The notes under the pieces: model-generated
What the model was told of the DNA's origin: nothing
Databases searched by the model: none
Seen by the model: only the letters and a program-made list of their open reading frames with translations
Program-made: the position numbers and the translations under genes
IMG/VR virus record: IMGVR_UViG_3300048583_000034
Span: 35,181 to 99,180 of that record
Direction: 5' to 3' (one strand)
Origin: a virus
DNA: 64,000 nt
Shown here: piece after piece, positions 26,678-38,619 of the stretch
Layout: every line of letters begins with the position of its first letter
Numbering within the stretch: the stretch's first letter is position 1

Positions 26678-27202
26678 TTAGCTCAGTTTCTTATGGAGAT
26701 CAAGAATCTCTTGAACCTTGGCGATAGGGATGGTTTGACATCCGACGATGACATTATCACCATCAATCACTGCATCGTATTCATCGGAAAGTTTGATGAC
26801 ATTACCATCCAAAGAAACTTCAGCGAAAGGAACAGCAATGTCTTGATCTTCATCTTCGACCATCACACAATATCCATGCTCCTTGATAACTTTTTGAATA
26901 CCCTTGTCGGAAGTAGGATAAAACTTAGACCAGACAGAAACAGAAGAAATTTTAAATTTCTTACCCTCGAAGAGAACAGTTTTACCGATGAGAGAGAATG
27001 CGTGATCGAAATTATTTTGAATCGCTAGTCGAAACTCATTCCCATCCCACCAATTTGAATCTGCCTCGTCATCGAACAGATAAATTTCGTTATCTGAGAT
27101 ATCTTCGACTCTATAACCCTCCTTTTGTTCTAGGAAAAATTGTTCTGAGTCGGTGCCAGAAATTGGAATGACCAAGTCACCAATTTTGAATTGTTTTTTC
27201 AT
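26678..27202 (-). CDS. hypothetical protein with C-terminal VGCQ domain
   Basis: YDAVIDGDNVIVGCQTIP. Confidence 0.75.
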   Translation of the reverse strand: MKKQFKIGDLVIPISGTDSEQFFLEQKEGYRVEDISDNEIYLFDDEADSNWWDGNEFRLAIQNNFDHAFSLIGKTVLFEGKKFKISSVSVWSKFYPTSDKGIQKVIKEHGYCVMVEDEDQDIAVPFAEVSLDGNVIKLSDEYDAVIDGDNVIVGCQTIPIAKVQEILDLHKKLS

Positions 27203-27335
27203 GTTTTTGTTTTTGTTTTTCAGATTAACATACTTCTATGGTCATCACACAGAAGATTAAGAATGTGAGTAGATCGATACCAAAATCGATCAGATATTTG
27301 AAAGAATGACCATGTCACTACTATATCCTAGTGTT

Positions 27336-27875
27336 TTATGATGCAAGTTGCTTCAGGAGTTGCGCCATCTTATCTTCCAGAGGATTACCCTTCTTGATAA
27401 GAATAAGACGACCATAGCAAGTCCCACAGACGCGATTAGAACCCCTCAAGATCTTATTGTGGAGAGTTGTGGAGAGTTTAAACTCTTTACCACATCCACA
27501 TCCATAGATATGTTTGGTTTGTTTCTTAGTCTTAGTGACACTTGTATCATAAGAATGACAACGATCAGCAGGGATATGCATAACATTACGCATGATGAAT
27601 TTCCACTCACGACCATGAGCCTTACAATATCCATATTGTTGGAATTGGACATAGTGTGCAACTTCATGCTTGATAGTTTGGATGTATTCAAGCCCAACAT
27701 TTTCGGCGAAATCTAATTGGAACATAATCTCTTTAGTTCCCCAATTAGCATAACCACCACAAGTCCCAGATCTTTTGAAGATAACTGTCTTAGGACGCTC
27801 AAAAGATTTACCGTAAAACTTATCAGCAATTTTAAATGCTTCTTCCATTTGGAAGGAAATTTCGTCTTTCGTCAT
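27336..27875 (-). CDS. SprT-like zinc metalloprotease
   Basis: HEVAH, HGREWK, CGC...CGTC. Confidence 0.88.
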   Translation of the reverse strand: MTKDEISFQMEEAFKIADKFYGKSFERPKTVIFKRSGTCGGYANWGTKEIMFQLDFAENVGLEYIQTIKHEVAHYVQFQQYGYCKAHGREWKFIMRNVMHIPADRCHSYDTSVTKTKKQTKHIYGCGCGKEFKLSTTLHNKILRGSNRVCGTCYGRLILIKKGNPLEDKMAQLLKQLAS

Positions 27876-27935
27876 AGCCCAATAATAGTGTAGTGTTTTA
27901 TGGAGAAAATGTGCGTCTTCGGACTAAATATAGAT

Positions 27936-28811
27936 ATGAATGACACGATATCACACATTATTTATGATTCCTTGAAGGGCGAGGATATTATCTTCCACAA
28001 AGGAGAATTGATTAAAAAGTGTAAGGAATTAGGTATAGACAATACCAAGATTTCTAGGTTGAAAAGTAGAGGATTTGATTTTGTGTGTGAGAGATACATT
28101 TTATCTGAAAGAAAAGATGAATTATTGTTTACACTCGTCGATTTTGAAACGGGGGAAGAATTTGAATGCGTGTCTAATAAAACGATATTCTTACACCTCA
28201 ATTTGCCTTATAGTGAAACATGTAGTAAGTATATATACGAACTAAAGAGTAAAAGACAATATGTTGCGACGATTTGTAACCGATTGTTTTATTTGAAGGG
28301 TGTGGATAAGCCAACGGTTATAAAGACCGCGACAAAATCCGATCACTTGGCATCTGTTAAGAAATGTAAATCTAGTAATAGAGCACAACAGCGCATGAGA
28401 GGAAATTTTAGGTCCAGATTAGGATTAATGATACGTGAACGTTTGATGGTTAAACGTTATGGACATATGCAAGATTTACTAGGATGCGATAAAGATTTCT
28501 TCATAGAGTATATCGAATCTCAATTTACCGGAGAATTATGCTGGGACAACTATGGTAAAGTTTGGCACATCGACCACATCATTCCATGTTTTATGTTTGA
28601 TCTATTTGACGACGAGCAAGTTAAACAGTGTTGGCACTATACGAATTTGAGACCATTATTGGCAACTGAAAACTTGGCTAGGCCAAAGAATAAACCACAC
28701 TACAAAGATTCTTTAATGAAGAAATCATCCTCAGACCCCACCAATTCACCACCAGTAAGAGTAGTAAGACCCACGGTGGATTCATTGACATTACACACGA
28801 CCAACCATTGA
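27936..28811 (+). CDS. HNH-like homing endonuclease (antisense)
   Basis: WDNYGKVWHIDHIIPC..HYTNLRPL; TAAATA at 27925. Confidence 0.85.
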   Translation: MNDTISHIIYDSLKGEDIIFHKGELIKKCKELGIDNTKISRLKSRGFDFVCERYILSERKDELLFTLVDFETGEEFECVSNKTIFLHLNLPYSETCSKYIYELKSKRQYVATICNRLFYLKGVDKPTVIKTATKSDHLASVKKCKSSNRAQQRMRGNFRSRLGLMIRERLMVKRYGHMQDLLGCDKDFFIEYIESQFTGELCWDNYGKVWHIDHIIPCFMFDLFDDEQVKQCWHYTNLRPLLATENLARPKNKPHYKDSLMKKSSSDPTNSPPVRVVRPTVDSLTLHTTNH

Positions 28812-29109
28812 TCATGAGAATAAATAACGTCATAAGCTGTTGATTTCCAACATACTTGTTTACCCTCTCGGATAGCTTTTTTAATCTCTTGAAGCGTCAT
28901 GTTAATGATATTGGAGATATGAGACGGCTTGAGAAAGGAGAAACTCATCCCTCATCGTAAGATCGATGAACTCCTTAGCAGTTTCCAGAGCATTGATAAA
29001 TTCACGAATGACCTCTTTAGGAGTATCCTTGAGAACATCTTGAGAGTCTTGCCAAGTTACACACTTATTAAGTTTTTCTTTCATACTCTGATTCTAGTTT
29101 AGTGTTTAA

Positions 29110-29418
29110 TCACCTACCCTCGATTGCCCAACGGAAGAGTCCAATATAGGTATCAAATTGAAATACTTGATGGCCAGCTTGAAGGAGTTCATTCACAACC
29201 TCTTGAAGAGTATCATAATCATACTCATACCATTTATTAGATTTAGTCATACCATCAAAGAACCTAGCATTATAAGATCCACCATTACCATATTCCCCAG
29301 ATGAAGAGATAAAGCCGGGGGAATTTCCAGAGATGATAAACCCATAATACTTATCACTATCAATTTCATCAGAAGTAACAAAACTATTTTCAAGGGCGAG
29401 AATGACAGTCTTTTTCAT
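29110..29418 (-). CDS. hypothetical protein
   Basis: Promoter-led ORF. Confidence 0.7.
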   Translation of the reverse strand: MKKTVILALENSFVTSDEIDSDKYYGFIISGNSPGFISSSGEYGNGGSYNARFFDGMTKSNKWYEYDYDTLQEVVNELLQAGHQVFQFDTYIGLFRWAIEGR

Positions 29419-29678
29419 ATGATGATTCTATCTTAGTGTTTAACCTTGACCATTCTCTTCCATCTCATACTTATGACCATGGAGATAAATCATCTCAGAC
29501 AGCTTTTTCTTTGCTGTTCTCTTACACCAACAAGTTTTATCCTTATCTTTTAGATAAGCAACAACACCAGATGGATAAGTGATTTTGATTGAGTATTTCA
29601 TCTTGAAGTTATTCTATCTTAGTGTTTAACAATCCCGACTCAGGGTAGTTTAATGAGATACCCTAGCTCATGTTTGAA

Positions 29679-31205
29679 TCAATCTTCGCGTGAACGCTTC
29701 GAAGGGCAATCTGTGAGATGGATAAGAGTTTCCATAGCGCGGGTTGCCGCTACATACCTCAAATTTGTTTCCTGTACAAGCATCCAATCCAACTTAGCGT
29801 ATTTACTCGGAGAGAATTGAGCATCACCCAACCAATATACGGTTTTCCATTCAAGACCCTTAGCCTTATGAATAGAACTGAAGGTCACGATATCAGGAAC
29901 ATTACCGTCTTGCGAGTCAGTGAACATATCCTTGATTAGTTTCTCCAGAGAGTAAAGATCATCCTTACCAAGGGATTGGACACGCTCGATAAGAATAATC
30001 ATCGTATCCAGCTTATCTTCAAGCAGTTGCATCTTGGCATAAGAAGCTTTCTCAAACTCCTTATTAAAGAACTCAGTCAACTTGATGGTGAACTCAGTAA
30101 GATTGGAAACTTTCTTCCACTTCTTAACGAGCTTGATAAGATCGTTACCGATATCTTTACCTTCGATGCGGCATCCGATACCCTGACGAATAAGAGCAAA
30201 GGCAAGGGCAACATTAGGAGCATTGTTGCGGCAAAGAATCCCAACATTACGATCAAGAGTAAGAGTGCCAGCGATATCCACAAAACTTTGGTAAGTTTGT
30301 GAAGAGATGGAACCTTCACCATTACCCTCATAAGCTTGGATGTCAGGGAAGAATTGTTGAGCAGCTTCGATGATCTTCGATCCGCAACGATAGCAGATGG
30401 AGAGTGGAAGTTCCTCACAATCAAACATTTCACGAATGAGATTCATCGAATCATTCTCAGCACCAGTGAATCCCATGATTGCTTGTCCCTCGTCACCGAT
30501 GAAGATCATGCGACCATTAGGCTTGATAAGTTTACCAGCAAGAAGCTTGCGGCAAACATTAGTATCTTGAGCCTCATCGACCACAATCCAGTCATACTTT
30601 GCACCAGCAAGGTTATAGATAAGTGGGAGATATTGCATATCATCAAAGTCGATGACCTTGACATCCAGATTGGAATCTTTGAGAACCAACTTGGAAACTT
30701 CGATGATTTCATCATAAGTGCAATCCGACTCCAGAGAGATATCATGATGGGTGATGATTTGAAGCCATGCTTCATTGTCATCAATAGAAGTTTGGCCCTT
30801 AACACCGAAAGCATTTTGCTTGGCAAGACTTACAAGCTTGGCGATAAAGTTACGTGCCTTTTCCAGATCAGGAGTATTACAGAACTTTGCAGTCAACCAG
30901 AACACTTTGGAACCATCAACTTTATGATAACCCTTGGACTTATAGAGCATACCTTTACCAGCAGCATGGAAAGTCGATGCTTGGATATTGGGAACTCCCA
31001 TACGGGAAAGCTTATCTTTAAGCTGATAAGCAGCTTTATTACCGAAAGCCATCATAAGACCATCGCCTCGCATGAATTGCGAACAATGAACCATTGTGGA
31101 AGTCTTACCAGAACCAGCACGGGCCGGGATAAGAAGATTATTCTTTTCGGGGGTAGGATTACATACCCAAGCTTCGATAGCTAATTGTTGTGTGGATAGT
31201 TGCAT
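29679..31205 (-). CDS. UvrD/Rep-like SF1 helicase
   Basis: ARAGSGKT, VDEAQD, GDEGQAI, HKAKGLEW, YVAATRA. Confidence 0.92.
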   Translation of the reverse strand: MQLSTQQLAIEAWVCNPTPEKNNLLIPARAGSGKTSTMVHCSQFMRGDGLMMAFGNKAAYQLKDKLSRMGVPNIQASTFHAAGKGMLYKSKGYHKVDGSKVFWLTAKFCNTPDLEKARNFIAKLVSLAKQNAFGVKGQTSIDDNEAWLQIITHHDISLESDCTYDEIIEVSKLVLKDSNLDVKVIDFDDMQYLPLIYNLAGAKYDWIVVDEAQDTNVCRKLLAGKLIKPNGRMIFIGDEGQAIMGFTGAENDSMNLIREMFDCEELPLSICYRCGSKIIEAAQQFFPDIQAYEGNGEGSISSQTYQSFVDIAGTLTLDRNVGILCRNNAPNVALAFALIRQGIGCRIEGKDIGNDLIKLVKKWKKVSNLTEFTIKLTEFFNKEFEKASYAKMQLLEDKLDTMIILIERVQSLGKDDLYSLEKLIKDMFTDSQDGNVPDIVTFSSIHKAKGLEWKTVYWLGDAQFSPSKYAKLDWMLVQETNLRYVAATRAMETLIHLTDCPSKRSRED

Positions 31206-33904
31206 AAGTGGTGTTGCGTTACTCCTATATTCTAGGCTAGTGTTTTACTACTGTTCCAGAATCCCGATGGTGAAAGTATAATGGTTGTCTGAATCTTCAT
31301 CATTATACACTTCCAGAACTTCTTCAAGAGAATCTAATTCATCTTGAGTCAAAGGACGTTGAAATTGTTCACCAGCCCATGATTTGATAAGTTCTTTACC
31401 ATCTTCGAGAGTCTCGACAGAGATACACTTACCGAGAGTATTATTATGAATCTTTGCAACGATAATGTTTGACATGTCTCAATTCTAGGTTAGTGTTTAA
31501 TCAGTCTTGTTTGTAATATCTCTTAGCATTAACCTTCTTCTTAAATCCTCTCCACCCTCCACCGACACGAACAAAGTATTTATAATCGGGATAATCTTTG
31601 GGGTTATCTAATTGCATGATACCATTTTCTGTGGACATATCAAAAGTGATATGAAATTCATCACGAAGTTTCCAATCTTCCACGAAGAATCCAGAATCAT
31701 TAGGATCTATTTGATAATCTCGCATGGCCCAAGTATGGTTTAGTGTTTTTCACATGAAATAACCAACTTCGCTTTATGTCCTTGATATGGATCAGAGGCA
31801 AGGTAATCATGAAGCTCGGAAGAATATCCATCCCACATGATCGCTCGGCTTTGTGTTTCTATTCTACGAATGATTGCATCGATAGCATCTTCTACTGTGC
31901 TTTCGGAAACCTCTCCACAATACATATCCACTTCAATGGTAATTTTCTTACGCATATTAGATTATCTTAGTGAAATGTTTTTGCCATCCTCCAAACGCTC
32001 CGAAAGAAGTATCAGTAGGAGCCATCCAAGGTTGGTCAAACTCAGAGATAAGAACCCATAGAGGAAAGTCTGGAAGCTTCTGAAGAGTATAAGTAACTTG
32101 CTTTCCAGAAGCAGGTTCACTCATATCAAAGTTGAAAGAGAACTTATCTCCAGACTTCATTTCGGTGAATTGATCGACAGGTGGTTGCATGAGTAGCTTG
32201 TGTCTTGGTGTTTTAAGATTCACGGTTCCAATCATCAGCCCAATCATCCATTTTATGGAGTAGAAATCTTTCTTGTTTAGGTGTTGGGGAATAAAAGAAT
32301 TGATCAGTGATACTATCCTTATAAGAATACTCAAGAGCTACATCTAATGGACAATCGTGTTCATTCTCACGGATAAGATATGAGAAAACTTCTTCTCTCT
32401 GAACCCGAACAATCTCAAAATTTTCCAATGAAACTTCGCTCGAATCACATTGGTTTTCATGATAGATTGTAGTGGGATCATGATATTCAAATCCACGACA
32501 GACAGCATAACACTTTCCGGGTTTGAATACTGAGATTGGTTTAATACACTTGACGAACATATGATGATCTTAGATTAGTGTTTTATTCGCAGTCGTCCCA
32601 ATCTGCATCACAGAACCCTTCGTTCCAATCTCTATGAGCATCGGAGCCTTCTTCATATGGATTGTTTAAATGAGGATTTCTCATATAGGCTCTATAACCT
32701 TCATCATATGCAGGCATTGGATACTCATGATTAGTATCAACATAACTCTCACGAATTGTAACATGAAAGTCGGGCCAGATTGCAACGATAAGAGGTTTAT
32801 TGAAACAAACAATCGACTCATTTTTATGAAACTCCACAGCAGTCGAAGCTGATAATTTAACATAAGTTTTAGATAAGATCTCTGGATCAGAGAATCTTGC
32901 ACCAAGAGAAAGAGATTTAAATAGTATATTCATCGTGTTCTGGTCTTACCTCTTGTGGGTTTTGGGCCATAATAATCATATCCAGTCCAAGCATTCTGAG
33001 ACTTATGAACCTTTAGTTCTTCATCAGGCAATGCTTCTCTAATCTCAAACCATTTATATTGTTTGAGATTAGAACTCTCCAAAGCTTTCTTATAGTTTTC
33101 ACACTTTTGCTTTGAATTCGTTTCTAAGCGAACCATCTTTTTCTTGGATTTACCACCAAGTAAAGTATAAAGTTTCATTCTTCCCAAGGTTCTTTTTCCC
33201 ACTCTTCTTTGCCCAAATGGATTTGTTTAGAATATATGGGGACAATAGTATATGAACTAAATGCATCTAATTCCATCATGGCTTCGATGGCTTCACTCTC
33301 AGTATTATGGATGGACACATATTCCATTTTGGTAAATGTCTTTTCATGATAATTACTTGAGATTACTTCATCACGAAGACGATAAATCTTATAAATTTTA
33401 TCGATAAAGAACTTTTGCTTTTCCATGAATAGAGTATATTCTAGTGTTTAAAGGGTGATAGTTTCGGTTCACACTATCATATCCGAGGAGGCTTCTCCTA
33501 TATTGCTTAGTTTTGTGTGATTGGACTTGCACCAATAAAGGGTGATGATAGGATAGTTACATCTCCCCAATAATATTGAAAGCCTCCTCCCAATTACCAC
33601 TCTCCATTGTTATGGATAATGTTAATTGATCATACTTTCCAAGAGCATTGAACTTCTGTTCGAACTCCCTAGCTTGTTTCTCTGCCATCTCAGGAGATTC
33701 ATTCACTCCGAGAGTATAAGCAAAGAGTTGATTGTAATACTTTGGTGTGAGCATATCAGAATTTCAGAGAATAAACACACCAAAGAATTAGTGTAACAAT
33801 TGCTACAATTTTATTAATCAAATTTTGGTATTCGTGAAATAGAACTGATCCAACAGTCCAACCAATACCAAATCCCAAAATGAGTTCTATGATATGTTTC
33901 ATAA

Positions 33905-34240
33905 TTATTCCATTGTCCAATCTGTTTCTTCTTCATCGGGAAAGGATTCTTTCATATCCTCATCCAGATCATATCCATTGGATCGAAGGAGTGTGATAGC
34001 TTCTTTGGGGAGTTCAAATACTCCATCATAGTCACAAAGTTCTCCATTACCATTAAAAGATAATCCAATTATTGTTTCATCTTCATCAGCAGCTTGTTTG
34101 CCATAGTTCCAAATGATACATCCACCATATCCATCAGGTCGAATGTTTAATTCCATGCGATTGAAATGCATTCCAAGATCAATGCGTGAATAACTAGTTT
34201 GCAAATTGAGTTCCTGTTTGAATTCGAGGATGTTCTTCAT
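33905..34240 (-). CDS. hypothetical protein
   Basis: Promoter-led; DYDGVFELP. Confidence 0.75.
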   Translation of the reverse strand: MKNILEFKQELNLQTSYSRIDLGMHFNRMELNIRPDGYGGCIIWNYGKQAADEDETIIGLSFNGNGELCDYDGVFELPKEAITLLRSNGYDLDEDMKESFPDEEETDWTME

Positions 34241-34261
34241 GGTGTAAGTATATTCTAGTGT

Positions 34262-34732
34262 TTAATAAGTTGAGCCTGCATAATTTTCATCAGACCAATC
34301 AAAGATCTTGAATTGTCCACGATCCATACCGATATTATTCTTACTAAGATCGTTAATGTTGGGCCATTTGTTTTCAATGAACTTTATAAACTTTTTCAAT
34401 CTTCTAAACGCAGGAGTGTTATATCTCATTCTAGAACAACAAACAACTTTCTTCTGAATGACGATAGGAAAGTGTCCACTATCAATCAATAGAGTATCTG
34501 TGAAATGTTTATCTGAAGGGATATCACGAACATGTCTACCATTTGTTTTATAATGACTATCAAACATTACTTTGATGACATACTCAAAACCAGACCGAGA
34601 AAATGCAATTGATTCACAACCTCTACCAATAACATTGAATCCTCTCCTTTGAAGATATGCTTCAGCCATAAAGGGATTGTGTATAGCTTTCAACTCATTG
34701 ATCAGATACGTGACAACAGAATTGATTTTCAT
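34262..34732 (-). CDS. minimal protein kinase-like protein
   Basis: IGRGCESIAF, VIKV, DLSKNNIG, IFDW. Confidence 0.65.
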   Translation of the reverse strand: MKINSVVTYLINELKAIHNPFMAEAYLQRRGFNVIGRGCESIAFSRSGFEYVIKVMFDSHYKTNGRHVRDIPSDKHFTDTLLIDSGHFPIVIQKKVVCCSRMRYNTPAFRRLKKFIKFIENKWPNINDLSKNNIGMDRGQFKIFDWSDENYAGSTY

Positions 34733-34757
34733 GCTATTATTTTAGCTTAGTGGTTAA

Positions 34758-35132
34758 TCACTTTTGAATTTCGCCACGTAGATAATCTACAATATAAACT
34801 CTAGGAGCAAGTTTAATTTTCACCCAATCAGCATTATTAACCGTTCCAAAGATTCCAAAAATAATAGGAATCACAGTAATAAATATAAGCGGAGTCATTT
34901 CCCAATCATTATTCGTTTTCATCCATTTAATGAAAATAATGTTTAAAAAGATACCTACTACTAACAACAAACCAAATAATACGAAACAAACCAATGACAG
35001 ATAAAAATTGTATTGGAGAAGTTCCGTAATGTACAAGGGGGTTTGTTCAGATACAAATGCAACGGTAGTGGAAGTAGCTTGTTCAGCCCATGTTAATAGA
35101 TTACTCAATTGATTTTCTAGTTTGTCGTTCAT
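34758..35132 (-). CDS. membrane protein
   Basis: Two TM helices; IKLAPRVYIVDY. Confidence 0.75.
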   Translation of the reverse strand: MNDKLENQLSNLLTWAEQATSTTVAFVSEQTPLYITELLQYNFYLSLVCFVLFGLLLVVGIFLNIIFIKWMKTNNDWEMTPLIFITVIPIIFGIFGTVNNADWVKIKLAPRVYIVDYLRGEIQK

Positions 35133-35153
35133 AACATTATTTTATTTTAGTGT

Positions 35154-35441
35154 TTATACAGTATAGAATTTATCGTCTTCGATGATTTGCCCATTGAGAA
35201 TAGGCACACCTTTCACCGTATGAATGCTCACACCGGGAATACCATTAAGTCTTTCGCGGGTGGTCTTAGTATTCCAACCAGCAAGAGAGACCTCAATTTT
35301 ATCACCAGACTTCAAAGCAATTAGATTATCGTGGAGATAGTATCCGACATTGTGACGAGTCACATTAACTTCAGTATTATCAGATTTAAAATTGCATCCC
35401 TTTAGAAAGGCTTCGACAGCTTCTTTGGTAATCTTTCTCAT
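35154..35441 (-). CDS. conserved phage hypothetical protein
   Basis: MRKIT..LHDNLIA..GWNTKTTRERLN; start reassigned using promoter. Confidence 0.75.
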   Translation of the reverse strand: MRKITKEAVEAFLKGCNFKSDNTEVNVTRHNVGYYLHDNLIALKSGDKIEVSLAGWNTKTTRERLNGIPGVSIHTVKGVPILNGQIIEDDKFYTV

Positions 35442-35868
35442 GTGATTAGTATATTCTAGTGTTTTATGGTTGCATCGTGGGATGCACAAACCCAGATAGT
35501 TTTGTAATTTTATTGTATAGAGGATTTGGTTTACCTTTACCGAGATTTTTGATTGTTCCCTCTTCTCTAAATTGCCAGTGTTTAAACTTTATCGTATCAC
35601 CGACTCTCCATGAGGGGGAGGAGACATGAAACTTATCATCATCTACTGATACGATGTATAACTTATAAACAATCCAAGGAATAGTGACCCAATCACCGAC
35701 TTGTAGATCTTTACTATTCATTAAAAAATGATAGGTCGTCCTCACCCCTATCTTTGTGTTAAGTTTTTTCTTCTTTTCCGTTTTCTTATGCTTTACCGGG
35801 AAGTTGCAGGCAACACTTTATTCAACTCTTACATATTTCTATGCTTTCAACCATGAGAGGATTTAAGA

Positions 35869-35945
35869 TGGTGACTCGGATTGGATTCGAACCAATGACC
35901 CACGGTTTAGAAAACCGTTGCTCTATTCCACTGAGCTACCAAGCC
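35869..35945 (-). tRNA. tRNA-Arg(TCT)
   Basis: ACGGT-TTTCTAA-ACCGT; CCA. Confidence 0.92.
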
Positions 35946-37820
35946 TTTAAAATCTTATAGAAGATTATTTAGTCGCAAAACAAAACTGTCGATAAAATCC
36001 TGTGCTCTTTCTTCAGTTTTGACAAATGTTGGGGATAGTGTGACTTTATAGTAATCTTTCTCACCATCTGCGCGAACATAGCAAATAGAGTAGAACCATT
36101 CACCATGAATATCCCAAGGTTCACCAATAGAAACAATATTCTCTGTCCTGATATAAGGACCATTAGGGAGTCTAATTAGTTTACTAGTCATCGATTCGTT
36201 CCACTGTGATTTTATACTTACCTGTGCCAAGGTCGTCAATCTTTTCGATGAACTCCTTCACATCACCACCCAGATGATACTCGCCGTAGTAATAACTGAT
36301 ATCGTCTATGTTGATATCCAACTCAAAAACTTGACTGATTCCTTGATACATATCAGCAAACGAGTGTAGATTTTGTCTTAACTTCTTTGCGGAAAGTTTC
36401 AATATCACGATGCGAGAAAAAGTTTTGCCTAGCAGCAGCGTATTTATTCATCTCCACCAGTGCATCTTCGACTTGTTGTTTAAGGATCTGAACCCTTACT
36501 TGTTTCTCATTGAGAGCACACTCAACTTCGTTGATAGCTTGAACAGCTTCTTTGATCCTTGCATCGAGAACATTCTTTTCATGAATGTCGAGCGCAACTT
36601 GCATAATATCGTCTTCGATCATGATATGAGTATAGTGTAGTGTTTTATATTCTCTTGTGTTTACACATTCCACATACTTTCCACTTTTTATGGTGTGGAA
36701 CAGAACATTTACAGAAACAACCAAATATAGATAGTGGATGTTGCACAGAGAAAATATGGCAACCAGATAATTTCTTTTGGTAAGGCAAAAAGATAAGCAA
36801 GGAGCAAAAATCCAGCGAGTTGCCAATATCCGAATACTTGTTCGGTGAAGTGTGGTAGAATCCAAGTTCCCCACCAAGCTAAGAGTAGAGAATACATAAT
36901 ATAAACGACTCCATATGCAAAAATTCCCGGTTCTTCAGTTTTTTTCATGTAGTTATTATGTCCTAGTGTTTAATGATGTTATTATCTTTCAGATACCTGA
37001 TGATTAGATCTTGACCAGATTTCGTATACCAAATCTTCAGCTTTCGTCTGGTCTGTATGATATCAAGACCTCTATAAGTGTCCACAAAAGACTTGTGGAA
37101 CTTGAATGGTCCTACCTCCACCGTCTCACTCATAGCTTAGGATAGAATATACAAGCAGTGTTATCACTATTGATAAACCAGTAGCAATCTTTTGTTTTAT
37201 GGTCAGAGACAAATACACGATTCTCGTATAATTGCTCAAACATGAAAGCCTTACAGAAAGGTTGAGGGTTATCAGGATCTAACTTTGGGGCATGAATAAG
37301 ATCATCCAAATCAATATCACCACAAATGAATGCCTCTTGAGTCTTGACAATGATATCAGCGACCCACTCATCCCAAGTATATGATCTAAATGTTACGGTG
37401 TTCATATTAAAGTCCTAAACTTTCAAGGAATGAAATTTGTTGCGACCATTTCATATAACGTTGTGCAACTTCGAATGAATTAATTCCGCCGACCCCATCG
37501 AGGGAATCTGTGACAGTTTGAATATTTCCACCTGCGAGATGCAATAGAGTTGCTTCCAACCCAGTTTCATCACCAGCATAAGAATTGGCGATATCATGCA
37601 ACTCTTGAGAAATTTCTTTAAGCCTATCTAGTTTGTTCATACTATGATTGTATGCTAGTGTTTAATAGAGGTTCTATATAAGCGAATCCAGAACTTAACC
37701 TGTTCTCTTCTAGTCATTATAAATGTTGGGTATTTTCCATCCCAATAATCAATAATTTGCCCATCATGTCTTTTCTTAAAGGAATTGGATATCCACCAAA
37801 GATGATTGTTCATAAGTATA

Positions 37821-37910
37821 TGGTTCATGTGAGGAGAATTGAACTCCCGTATACCTTGTAAGGGCTTTCCATTTATAAAACAGAGACTCTGACCACTGAG
37901 TTACACATGA
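37821..37910 (-). tRNA. tRNA with TAT anticodon (Ile) and long variable arm
   Basis: TCTGT-TTTATAA-ATGGA; 19-nt V region with CCTT/AAGG stem; CCA. Confidence 0.75.
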
Positions 37911-37917
37911 CATTTTG

Positions 37918-38025
37918 TGGGACCGCTTGGATTCGAACCAAGGACCAAGGGTTTATTTTAAACTATCTCAATTTAATGCGATAGCTCCAAAGAGACCCCT
38001 GCTCTAACCACTGAGCTACAATCCC
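37918..38025 (-). tRNA. tRNA-Ile2/Met(CAT) or Lys(CTT) with 35-nt hairpin insertion in anticodon loop
   Basis: Intact acceptor, D and T arms; 42-nt anticodon loop. Confidence 0.75.
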
Positions 38026-38287
38026 TTTAATATCAGTTAACTCGTATTCGTGTCATACGACTATATTACTCTAGTGTTTAAAGAATCCACGTTCAACCAT
38101 TTTACATGATCGAATCTCTTTAAACCCATCTGATCGTTTCCAATCGCGAACAGTAGCGCCACCACCCAGAGGTGATAGTTCTACTTTACCATCACACACA
38201 TAACAATAATCCCAGTGAATAGGATGATCTTCTGGTAGGATTTCTTCTCCTTCTAATATGCCTTCGAGAATCATATGATTATTATTT

Positions 38288-38399
38288 TGGTATGCGCGGT
38301 GGGACTCGAACCCACAGATTACAGATTTTTTGGAATGGATTCTAATTAAGTATCCACTCGGAAAAAGTCTGCTGCCTATACCAATTCGGCTACGCGCAC
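38288..38399 (-). tRNA. tRNA-Leu(TAA) with 35-nt hairpin insertion in anticodon loop
   Basis: GCCGAATTGGTATAGGCAGCAGACTT[35 nt]AAAATCTG; CCA. Confidence 0.8.
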
Positions 38400-38619
38400 T
38401 TTACGACCTTGCTAAGGTTAGTATTTATCCCACAACCTCTTCGATATCACCAAATTCGACTAGAAAAGTTTCGAATCGTCCTTTATCATCTTTGAATTCG
38501 TAATACATATTTTCAAAGATTTGTTGAGCTTCTTCTTCAGATTCAGCGGGGATAAAGACGTTGATTGTCATAGTGATTCGGTATTCTTTCTTGTCCATAT
38601 GAATATGATATTGTAGTGT

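Noticed and set aside
30336-31184. Long + strand ORFs opposite the helicase, rIIB, NAMPT and rIIA genes
   Set aside because: Antisense frames kept open by codon bias; no motifs or promoters
33503-33535. T-arm-like ATTGG-TGCAAGT-CCAAT on minus strand
   Set aside because: No matching acceptor 5' strand or other arms; at most a remnant
37950-38370. tRNA inserts as group I introns
   Set aside because: 35 nt is far too short, with no P7 core or terminal G
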